Shown here in pieces: positions 55,033-62,706 of a DNA stretch of 64,000 nt (positions within the stretch are counted from its first letter, which is position 1; the number at the start of each line of letters is the position of its first letter). The stretch comes from Poseidonia sp. Lineage in GTDB: Archaea > Thermoplasmatota > Poseidoniia > Poseidoniales > Poseidoniaceae. Both the position numbers and the translations under genes were made by a program. Under the pieces are notes generated by a model, which saw only the letters and a program-made list of their open reading frames with translations, did no database searches and was not told where the DNA came from. The DNA lies in the NCBI GenBank assembly GCA_030827475.1, contig JAUREJ010000008.1:95-64094 (forward strand), read 5' to 3'.

Positions 55033-55779
55033 ATGGTGGAGGCGTGGCTGGTCGAGTTGATGACCGCCTACAACCGGGACTCCCGAAGCCAACGCAACGG
55101 CTACCTCGCTCAATTGCACCTGCCCGGCGAGGTGTTCCAATCCTTGGTGTGGTGGGCGTTGCAATCCTTACCCGATGAAATCCTGGTCGGCATGGACGTG
55201 GACCCCGACCAACCTCACCGCAAGGAGGTGGAGGCTTATTTTGAGGGCGACGAGGTGCACGAACGCCTGTTCCAAGGACAGGGCTATGTCGTGAAAGAGG
55301 CACGCATCGTCAATCGGGGCGATTCCTACTCCGTCCATCACCTCCCGGAGGATTGGACAGACGACATGTTCTCTGCCGACCGAGGCTCACGAGCCGGACG
55401 CTTCACGCACTGGCTTCACACCCACCCGAACGCCCCCGCCATCCCCAGCGGAGCGGACGCCGATGCTGCTCAGGAAACCCCCGGCATCGACATGATTCTC
55501 GGCTTGCGCTTCACGCCCGAGGGGCCGCTGCCGTGGTTTGACGACGTCGAAGGCACGCGGCGAAAACTTTCGGCAGAGGTTGAACCTCAGCCGCGCAAGC
55601 GGTCGTTTTTCGCTCGTCACGCCCTTCCCATTTTAGGTCGAGCACCCACCGGTCACGCCATTCATGAAATCCAACTCATCGGGTTTCACAAATCGGGGGT
55701 GGCCGTAAACGTCGTCTTCGTGGATGGGGAAGGCTATCCGTTTGGATGGGACCGCTCGACCGCTCAGCTGCTGGTTTGA
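55033..55779 (+). CDS. JAMM/MPN+ metalloprotease-domain protein
   Basis: 248 aa from ATG 55033 (TTTTGAC box at 55005; alternative ATG 55018). JAMM motif HTHPNAPAIPSGAD at nt 55417-55458, with upstream Glu in PDEILVGM. Confidence 0.75.
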   Translation: MVEAWLVELMTAYNRDSRSQRNGYLAQLHLPGEVFQSLVWWALQSLPDEILVGMDVDPDQPHRKEVEAYFEGDEVHERLFQGQGYVVKEARIVNRGDSYSVHHLPEDWTDDMFSADRGSRAGRFTHWLHTHPNAPAIPSGADADAAQETPGIDMILGLRFTPEGPLPWFDDVEGTRRKLSAEVEPQPRKRSFFARHALPILGRAPTGHAIHEIQLIGFHKSGVAVNVVFVDGEGYPFGWDRSTAQLLV

Positions 55780-56273
55780 GCCCCCAAGAGGGCGGTATGC
55801 AGGTCGCTCAAGCGGTCGGGATTGACCCCCAAATCGCTTTGGCCGAGCCTTGAGGAGGAGTAGAGGGAGATTTGCGTCCCGTCCCCTTGGGAGGCAAAAC
55901 CAACGACGACATCATCGGGGAAGCGCCAGAACGGCGTGATGGCCACGCGATGGGCAAAGTACGCACCCTCGACCTCTTCGGACACGTAGACCTCGTGCAA
56001 ACCTTGAGCCTCCGACCACGCCTCCCAAGCCGTTCGTACCTCGCTCAGGTTGGCCTCGATGAGGACCGAGAGGTCGTTCTCCATCCGGACGTTCGTTTCA
56101 GCGGACAGCGAAGCGCAATTCATCGTTCCTTCCGGGCACTCGGGCATCGCCGTGTGGTCGGGCGTGGGTGCACCGAGGAAAATCCAACCTTGAACAACGA
56201 GCCACGGTGAACACAGAACCAGCACGATGAGCACGGGCTTTCGCCATGCAGGCGCAGGGCCGGATTCGGTCAT
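55764..56273 (-). CDS. DUF1499-like protein with N-terminal TM
   Basis: 169 aa. ...ISLYSSSRLGQSDLGVNPDRLSDL resembles the DUF1499 C-terminal signature. Starts 3 nt after the AOR stop. Confidence 0.65.
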   Translation of the reverse strand: MTESGPAPAWRKPVLIVLVLCSPWLVVQGWIFLGAPTPDHTAMPECPEGTMNCASLSAETNVRMENDLSVLIEANLSEVRTAWEAWSEAQGLHEVYVSEEVEGAYFAHRVAITPFWRFPDDVVVGFASQGDGTQISLYSSSRLGQSDLGVNPDRLSDLHTALLGAQTSS

Positions 56274-56276
56274 CCA

Positions 56277-58340
56277 TCATGCCTCCACGGGCCGACCGTC
56301 GCTGCTCCATCCACGAAGCGCATAATACGCCTTCATGCACGCTTCCTCATCGGCGTCATCGACAAAAGACACCATGCCTGAGGCGATGCCACTCGGAATG
56401 GGTTCCTTGCGCAAGCGCCACGAAAGCAGGTCTTCTTCGGTGGCGATTTTGCCCTGCCGAGCCCAGTGTTCCACGTTCCACCGACGAGCTTGGTCCCATT
56501 GCACCCTCGCTCGTTCCATCAAGTCCTCCCACGTGCACGCCTCGCCGGTCGTGGCCGTCCAGGCCTGCACCATGACCTCGTTGGTCGTGGCCCCTTTGGC
56601 GAAAGCGCAGAGGATCATCGAATCACGAATGACGATGCTGTGCTGGCTCTCAACGAGTTCTTCCATCAAATCCACCGCCGAGCGGTCGGGCAAGCCGGTC
56701 GGTTCTTTGTAGCCAGCTCGCATGTGGGAAGCGCCGACGTTGGCGGTCATGTAGGCCATGGCGTTTCCGCGTTTCCCCCGCGGGTCCCAGGCTGGCAAGT
56801 CCAGGCCTTTGCAGTGCGCCGTCAGGCGTGTCGTCGGATGTCCCGTCAGGGCCTCGATGTGCTCGCTCGCCGCCACGGCGCCGGCGGCCAGCGTCCCGAA
56901 CAGAGAACCGTCGCCCGGCGTGGCATGGGCCAAGAGATGCAAGGCCAGAGGCGGCAGTTCGGGAACGCCAAAGGCCCACGGCACGACGTCGCCTTCTGCG
57001 AAGGAGCCGAAGGCAAAAGGGGCATGGAAGTGGTCCGCCCACGCTTCGGGCAACCAACCTCGTTGCGCAACCTCGCACATCAAAGAGAGGGCCGCACCGC
57101 CGGAAATCGTGTCGATACCGAGGCGGTTGCACGCATCGTTGCCGTCCATCACGTCCAGGCTCGAGCCGATGCCGAGGTTGGAGCCCAACATGGCGAGCGT
57201 CTCGTATTCGGGCCGGTCAACGCGGTTCATGTGGACGGGGCGGCCCCGGATTTTGACGCCGTCCACCGTGGGCCGGTCAGCCGCCTCGCACGCAATGGGG
57301 CAGGGTGCGCAGCATCCCGATTGTTTGGCGTCGGGCAGCGATGCGTGCCAGTGTTCTCCCGACAATTCATGAGTGGACATGCTCGACACGACCTCGACCG
57401 CCGTCGCTCCCTCGGCCACGGCTTGCGGCGTTTGGCCGCCCGCTCCACCGCTAACTTTGAGTTGGGACAGGTTGGGGATTTGAGCGTCTGTGGAGGCGTA
57501 ATTGGCTGTGGGCATGCGACCGTTTTCCGCTGCATAGAGGGGCCCACGGCTGGTCCCGAAGGCGTAGAACGGGTCACCGAACTTCCGGCGTGTGCCCATT
57601 TCCTGCCGTTGTTCCTGGATGGCGTCGGCAAGTGAGAACGCCTCGGCGTAGCGGACGCCGGCAGCTGCTTCCTTGCTCACCTTGACCGTCACCGCTTTGA
57701 GGCGTTTGAAGCCAAAGGAGGCACCGGTGCCGCCGCGCCCGGCTGAGCGACGCCCCGCTGTAATGGGGGAAGCAAAACGAATGCCGTTCTCGCCTGCCGG
57801 ACCTATAGAGAGGCACTCACCAAGCCCATCAAGGGCTTGTTCAACCGCCCAAGTGGTCTTGCCCACGAGGTCGTCGGCGGGATGAAGGGTGGCGAGGTCG
57901 TCGTGGATCTCAAGGCGAACCCATGCATCGCTCGCTCCGGTGATGAAAAGACCGTCCCAACCCGCTTTTCGCAGGTCATGGCCGATGTTCCCGCCGATGT
58001 AGGTGTCGATGTAGCACTCGGTGAGCGGGGACCGCGTGACGACCACGGCGCGCCCGGACGAGCCGACCTTAGTGCCCTGGTAAGGACCGGTCATGAACAG
58101 GAGCGGGGTGGTTGGGTGCGATGCAGCGTCCATACGGCCGGTCACCGGATGCTGGTTGGTCGTTGCGGTTTCGTAGTCCGTGGTGTCCCACTCGACGAGG
58201 AGTTTGGTGGCGAGAGCTTTGCCCCCCATGTGTTCGATGCACCACTCGTGGGGGATGTCCCGCGCCTCGCAGGTTCCGGCGGTCAAATCCACCCACAGCA
58301 CCCTTCCGGGGAAGCCGTCAAAGCGCCACGGGTGGGTCAT
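56277..58340 (-). CDS. aor: aldehyde:ferredoxin oxidoreductase (tungstopterin AOR family)
   Basis: 687 aa from ATG 58340 (MTHPWRFDGFPGRVLWVDLT...MGGKALATKLL). [4Fe-4S] ligand pattern C-x2-C-x3-C (CAPCPIAC). TTTTTCG box 29 nt upstream. Confidence 0.88.
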   Translation of the reverse strand: MTHPWRFDGFPGRVLWVDLTAGTCEARDIPHEWCIEHMGGKALATKLLVEWDTTDYETATTNQHPVTGRMDAASHPTTPLLFMTGPYQGTKVGSSGRAVVVTRSPLTECYIDTYIGGNIGHDLRKAGWDGLFITGASDAWVRLEIHDDLATLHPADDLVGKTTWAVEQALDGLGECLSIGPAGENGIRFASPITAGRRSAGRGGTGASFGFKRLKAVTVKVSKEAAAGVRYAEAFSLADAIQEQRQEMGTRRKFGDPFYAFGTSRGPLYAAENGRMPTANYASTDAQIPNLSQLKVSGGAGGQTPQAVAEGATAVEVVSSMSTHELSGEHWHASLPDAKQSGCCAPCPIACEAADRPTVDGVKIRGRPVHMNRVDRPEYETLAMLGSNLGIGSSLDVMDGNDACNRLGIDTISGGAALSLMCEVAQRGWLPEAWADHFHAPFAFGSFAEGDVVPWAFGVPELPPLALHLLAHATPGDGSLFGTLAAGAVAASEHIEALTGHPTTRLTAHCKGLDLPAWDPRGKRGNAMAYMTANVGASHMRAGYKEPTGLPDRSAVDLMEELVESQHSIVIRDSMILCAFAKGATTNEVMVQAWTATTGEACTWEDLMERARVQWDQARRWNVEHWARQGKIATEEDLLSWRLRKEPIPSGIASGMVSFVDDADEEACMKAYYALRGWSSDGRPVEA

Positions 58341-58381
58341 GGTGGTGGGTTTGCGAGGACCACGAAAAAGCCACCGCAACT

Positions 58382-58774
58382 TCAGGGGGCGGCGTACATG
58401 TCGTCTTGGGTGGCCGCATAGAGTCCGGCAGCCACCACCACCGCCAGCACGACCGAGGCCTGAACCATCCACAGGTTCTGGGCGGTGAACTCGTCAAGCA
58501 TGAGCGACGTCGCCATGGCCGCTGCTTCAAGCGCAGCGGTGGCGAACTGAACCTTACCCAGATCGATGGAGGGTGATTTGAGCCACAACCACGAACCCAC
58601 GACGTTGGTTCCGATGAGGGCAGCGCCGATGGTGCGCAACCACGCCGTGTTGACCGCTTCGGCCTTCAAGAGGTCGCAAAACATGTCCGGGACGAGCAAC
58701 AACATGAGGCCGTAACCCAGCGAAGCCCAGAGGTTGACCTGCATGGCGAGGGTGCCGATTCGTGCCTTGTCCAT
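58382..58774 (-). CDS. small 4-TM membrane protein (hypothetical)
   Basis: 130 aa with four hydrophobic helices. Located immediately upstream of aor. Confidence 0.55.
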   Translation of the reverse strand: MDKARIGTLAMQVNLWASLGYGLMLLLVPDMFCDLLKAEAVNTAWLRTIGAALIGTNVVGSWLWLKSPSIDLGKVQFATAALEAAAMATSLMLDEFTAQNLWMVQASVVLAVVVAAGLYAATQDDMYAAP

Positions 58775-58822
58775 GGCGGGTGTTCGGTCGGTCTGGTTAT
58801 GGGTTTGGCGGCAAAGTTGCCC

Positions 58823-59533
58823 TCAGAGGTCTTGTTTTCGCTGCCAGCCACCGTGGGTGCGCTCGTAGACGATGGGCACGCCCGTGGGCACTTCCAAGGC
58901 GAGCACGTCCTCTTCCGAAAGGTCGTCCAGATGCATGATGATGCTGCGAAGCGAGTTGCCGTGGGCGGCGACGAAGACGTTCTTGCCACCGTCAATGGCG
59001 GGAATGAGCGTCGACTCGAGGTAAGGAATGGTGCGAGCGGCGGTCAGTTCGAGGGATTCGCCGTTCGGTGGTGGCACGTCGTAGGAGCGTCGCCAGATGT
59101 GCACTTGCTCTTCGCCGTACTGCTCCCGGGTGGCTTGCTTGTTGAGCCCCTGCAAATCCCCGTACATGCGTTCGTTCAGCTGCCAGGCCACGTACACCGG
59201 CAACAGACCATCTTGGCCGGCCTCGCCGCGAATCTGCGACCATTCCCGCATGCGGGCTTCGTTCTCCGACATGCCGGCCTCCACTTCGGTGGGGTACCGG
59301 ACCACCGGTGTCTTTCCGCTGGTGTGTTCAGATAGGGCGATCATCGCGGTCATTTGCGCTCGAATCAAGGTCGAGACGTGGACTTCGTCAATCGGAAGCT
59401 GGGCAATCGCCCGACCGCCCGCACGAGCCTCGTCAATGCCCGTGGGCGAGAGGGGGACGTCAACCCAACCGGTGAACAGGCCCGCAGCGTTCCACATCGA
59501 TTGGCCGTGGCGCATCAGGATGAGCAGGGACAT
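58823..59533 (-). CDS. gpmA: 2,3-bisphosphoglycerate-dependent phosphoglycerate mutase
   Basis: 236 aa. LILMRHGQSMWNAAGLFTGWVDVPLS, AAHGNSLRSIIMHL. Confidence 0.92.
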   Translation of the reverse strand: MSLLILMRHGQSMWNAAGLFTGWVDVPLSPTGIDEARAGGRAIAQLPIDEVHVSTLIRAQMTAMIALSEHTSGKTPVVRYPTEVEAGMSENEARMREWSQIRGEAGQDGLLPVYVAWQLNERMYGDLQGLNKQATREQYGEEQVHIWRRSYDVPPPNGESLELTAARTIPYLESTLIPAIDGGKNVFVAAHGNSLRSIIMHLDDLSEEDVLALEVPTGVPIVYERTHGGWQRKQDL

Positions 59534-59581
59534 GAGGGGGCCTCATGCAGGCCACCAGGCGGGGCGGCATGAAGGTGGCGC

Positions 59582-60403
59582 TTAGCCAAGTAGCCACGGA
59601 ACGAAGGCAAGGACGACCAGCGGGAAGATGCCCATCGCCATGTCGCGGATGAACAGCAAGACCAACGTCTTGGATTGGGTGTTGGTTCGCTCTTCGAACT
59701 CCTTCTGGAGTTTCTTGTCGACCACATCGGAGAACTTCCCCGCCCCAATCTTGCCCACTTCAATGGCCGCCCCCAACGCCACGCTGCTCACCAAACCAGC
59801 AGGTGTCAATTTGCGCGTCATCAAGGCTCGGCCTGCCCAGACCTTGAGCGAGCTCTTCACGACCTCCTTGCCCGTATCGTTGACTTCTTTCTTGGTCACT
59901 GGCTTGTCCTTTTCACGCCCCGAAACCTTGCGCAACCAGGCCCGTGCGCGCAATCCAGCGTCGGCGACCTTGCGCAATTTCGTGACGTCCTGCTTGAGCA
60001 CGGCGTTGAGCATACGGCGAACCCGGGCCACGCGGTAGAAGTCAACGACCACCCAGAACACGAGGGCGAGCATCAGCAAGAAAGCGCCGAGCAGGTTGAC
60101 CTCCGACCAGGTCTGCCATCCGATGGGGTCGATGAACATCCGTAAGCCGAAAACGAGGAGGGGGGGAATGAGGAAGGCGAAGATTTCGTTGAACACGAGC
60201 AAGCCCATGCCTTTGACGGGCAGGGTGCGCAACTGCTTGACGGCCCAACCGGCATGTGGAGACAGTTTGTTGATGACTTGACGCATCGGTTTGGCGAGGA
60301 TCACGGCGCGGATGATGAAGGGCAGCCAGAGGATGAACAGCACGTACGCGTCCCAAGGTCCCGCAGGGGGAAACGCGGGGAGGGCGAGGGGGCTGGCGGC
60401 CAT
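59582..60403 (-). CDS. membrane protein with basic coiled central region (hypothetical)
   Basis: 273 aa. N-terminal and C-terminal TM helices flank a Lys/Arg-rich segment. Confidence 0.6.
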   Translation of the reverse strand: MAASPLALPAFPPAGPWDAYVLFILWLPFIIRAVILAKPMRQVINKLSPHAGWAVKQLRTLPVKGMGLLVFNEIFAFLIPPLLVFGLRMFIDPIGWQTWSEVNLLGAFLLMLALVFWVVVDFYRVARVRRMLNAVLKQDVTKLRKVADAGLRARAWLRKVSGREKDKPVTKKEVNDTGKEVVKSSLKVWAGRALMTRKLTPAGLVSSVALGAAIEVGKIGAGKFSDVVDKKLQKEFEERTNTQSKTLVLLFIRDMAMGIFPLVVLAFVPWLLG

Positions 60404-60519
60404 GCTGCTTCACACCGACATCAGCAACTCACACTTCAACCAAACGCAAAAAATGACACTCAGCACGGTGTGTCTCCGCAAAAGCACGGCTTCAAGTGGA
60501 AGCGCTAACAGGGGTTGCC

Positions 60520-61083
60520 ATGGACGTCTTCTCCCACTGGCTCTGGGGCGTCCTCGTCACCCGCAAAGACGTCAACTGGAAGGTCGCCGGACCGATGAGC
60601 GTCCTGCCCGACCTGCTCGCCTTCATCCCCTCCTTCATCTACTCCTTCGCCTACGGCCTCGAGCGCACGAGCGTGGACGAGAACACCTTGACCTCGGACT
60701 TTCCCGCCATCGCCTGGGACATCTACCGTTTCAGCCACAGCGCCGTCGTGGTCACCCTGTGCTTGCTGCTCTCGTGGTGGTTGTTCACCCGTTTCCACGG
60801 CTCGCGCCTTGAAGACCAATTTGCCGTTCAGCATCGCGGCAACCCACTGAAACTCGCGTTCCTGCTCTGGGCACCCTGGTACGTCCACATCGCCCTTGAC
60901 ATTCCCACCCACACCCTCCAGTTCTTCCCCACGCCGGTGTTCCACCCTATCTCCAATGCCATGTTCGACGGCGTGCGCTGGTCCACCCCCATCGTGTGGT
61001 TCTCCAACGTGGGAGCGCTCGCCGTCCTCTGGTTCTACGTCTTGCGCAAGGACCGCTTGCAGGCACAGTCCGAAGCCGAGTGA
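60520..61083 (+). CDS. polytopic membrane protein, possibly YdjM/DUF457-like metal-dependent hydrolase
   Basis: 187 aa from ATG 60520 (MDVFSHWLWGVLV...; the track start 60496 is GTG). TTCAAGTGG box 29 nt upstream. Family assignment is weak. Confidence 0.5.
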   Translation: MDVFSHWLWGVLVTRKDVNWKVAGPMSVLPDLLAFIPSFIYSFAYGLERTSVDENTLTSDFPAIAWDIYRFSHSAVVVTLCLLLSWWLFTRFHGSRLEDQFAVQHRGNPLKLAFLLWAPWYVHIALDIPTHTLQFFPTPVFHPISNAMFDGVRWSTPIVWFSNVGALAVLWFYVLRKDRLQAQSEAE

Positions 61084-61137
61084 TGAACCTGACCGTCTCA
61101 CCGAAGGGATGATGATTCACCGCCCGCTGGGCGTGGC

Positions 61138-61500
61138 ATGGTCTTCACCCACGACATGTCCAACTGGCTCGGGTTCAACATCGACGAAGCATGGCTCGCT
61201 GAGAACGTCTCCTGGAAGGATTTCGGCACCGGTGTGCGCCTGGGCAAGCTCAAGCGCGAAGATGCAACCTCGCTCGTGCTCTACGAAGCCCAGTCCGAGG
61301 TGGAAGTGGACGCCTTCATGCCCCACAGCCATCCCGGTGGCGAGTGCTACGTCGTGCTGCAGGGTGAAGTTTGGGACCAAGACGGCACCTACCCCACCGG
61401 ATCCATCGTGTGGATGGACCGAGAGACGACCCACACGCCGAAAACGCGGGGCAAGACGCTGATTCTCGTGCTCTGGCCTGAGGGAGTCAAAGCCGCTTGA
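61138..61500 (+). CDS. cupin-fold protein (ChrR-like cupin)
   Basis: 120 aa. MPHSHPGGECYVVLQGEVWDQDGTYPTGSIVWMDRETTHTP matches the cupin H.H..GE...G pattern. Confidence 0.65.
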   Translation: MVFTHDMSNWLGFNIDEAWLAENVSWKDFGTGVRLGKLKREDATSLVLYEAQSEVEVDAFMPHSHPGGECYVVLQGEVWDQDGTYPTGSIVWMDRETTHTPKTRGKTLILVLWPEGVKAA

Positions 61501-61516
61501 AGCGAATTGTTTCGAC

Positions 61517-61948
61517 TCAGGCTTCGGCTGCAGGTGCTTCTTCGGCTTCCTCATCGTTGAGATGAAGGAAACCGGAAACACCCATCGTAGCGATTAAGGC
61601 GAGAACTACACCAAGGACAGCCGGATCGTTGTAGCCATAATCAACGGCTTCCCCTGCCATGTAATGCAGGGACATCATCACAATCATCGCGCCCGAGGAG
61701 GTCATTGCGAGGATGGACAATGGTCGGCCCTTGACGACCAACGCGGTGGTCAGCGCCATGACGGCCATAGCCACCGTGAACAGGCCAAAGGTCTGCTCGT
61801 AGAACACGTCCCGGTCGGTCGGGTCTGGATAGGCCGTCTCAGAGGCGGTTTCTGCCGTAAGGTAGTTGCCGGTTCCCATCAAGATGAAGAGGAGACCGAA
61901 GGCCATGAGCCAACCTTTGGGATTCAGAACTTTGTTCTTCCAATCCAT
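61517..61948 (-). CDS. 4-TM membrane protein, paralog B (C-terminal EAPAAEA)
   Basis: 143 aa. N-terminal KVLNPKGWL and C-terminal EEAPAAEA are shared with the adjacent gene. Confidence 0.6.
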   Translation of the reverse strand: MDWKNKVLNPKGWLMAFGLLFILMGTGNYLTAETASETAYPDPTDRDVFYEQTFGLFTVAMAVMALTTALVVKGRPLSILAMTSSGAMIVMMSLHYMAGEAVDYGYNDPAVLGVVLALIATMGVSGFLHLNDEEAEEAPAAEA

Positions 61949-61950
61949 GT

Positions 61951-62346
61951 TCAGGCCTCCGCAGCGGGTGCAGCTTCATCCATGTTCCAGCCCATGACGC
62001 CCGATAGGGCCGTCATGCCCCAGAAGAGGAGCGGTGGAATGAGCTCAGGCGAAAATTCCCAAACGATGTTCTCCGTGGCGAAAGTGACTTCCAACCCCAT
62101 GCTAGCACAGATGAGGAACCAAACCACGATGGGCCCGGCGAACACAGCGGCTAAACGTGCTTGTGCTTGGCCTTCGGTCATGAACGCCGCATAGAGCATG
62201 TAGACCGGAATGATCAACATGATTCCGAGGATCATGGTTTCGTTGTCGTTTGATGGGTCGTAGGTTGACAGCACACCCACAAAAGTGTGGATGGCGGCGG
62301 TCAAAATCAACCAGATTTTCGGCTTCAAGATATTATTTATTTCCAT
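61951..62346 (-). CDS. 4-TM membrane protein, paralog A (C-terminal AAPAAEA)
   Basis: 131 aa. N-terminal NILKPKIWL and C-terminal DEAAPAAEA. Its stop lies 2 nt before the start of paralog B. Confidence 0.6.
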   Translation of the reverse strand: MEINNILKPKIWLILTAAIHTFVGVLSTYDPSNDNETMILGIMLIIPVYMLYAAFMTEGQAQARLAAVFAGPIVVWFLICASMGLEVTFATENIVWEFSPELIPPLLFWGMTALSGVMGWNMDEAAPAAEA

Positions 62347-62421
62347 TTAATAACCCCTTAGGGCCCGATCACACGCCGGTGTTATAATGCTTCCACAACA
62401 TCTTCCGAAACATCAGTTGTT

Positions 62422-62706
62422 TCACAGGTCGTATTCGCCACCCGAGAGCATTCCTTCAAACAAAAACGGCCCTGCGGGCACCACCGCTGCGATGAAGCCG
62501 TGCATCAGCGCCGTGCGGTTCCAGTGCTTGCCCACGCCCATCAGCAACAGGCCGACATAGGTCACGAACAGGCCGCCGTGGATGGAGCCGAACACGGAAA
62601 CCATTTCGGGCTCGCCGGCGAAGTACTTCATCGGCATGGCGTAGAACATCAAGACGAGGAAGGAAAAGCCCTCCAAATAGCCGACAAAGGTCACCCATTG
62701 CTTCAC
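62422..62706 (-). CDS. DUF3817-like small integral membrane protein
   Basis: 94 aa with GTG start forming a GTGA overlap with the ABC ATPase stop. FVGYLEGFSFLVLMF.AMPMKY and HG..F..Y resemble DUF3817. Confidence 0.65.
   Translation of the reverse strand: MKQWVTFVGYLEGFSFLVLMFYAMPMKYFAGEPEMVSVFGSIHGGLFVTYVGLLLMGVGKHWNRTALMHGFIAAVVPAGPFLFEGMLSGGEYDL

Noticed and set aside
56466-57635. 389-aa plus-strand ORF antisense to aor.
   Set aside because: Arg/Gly/Ala-rich off-frame translation. The minus-strand frame carries the full AOR signature.
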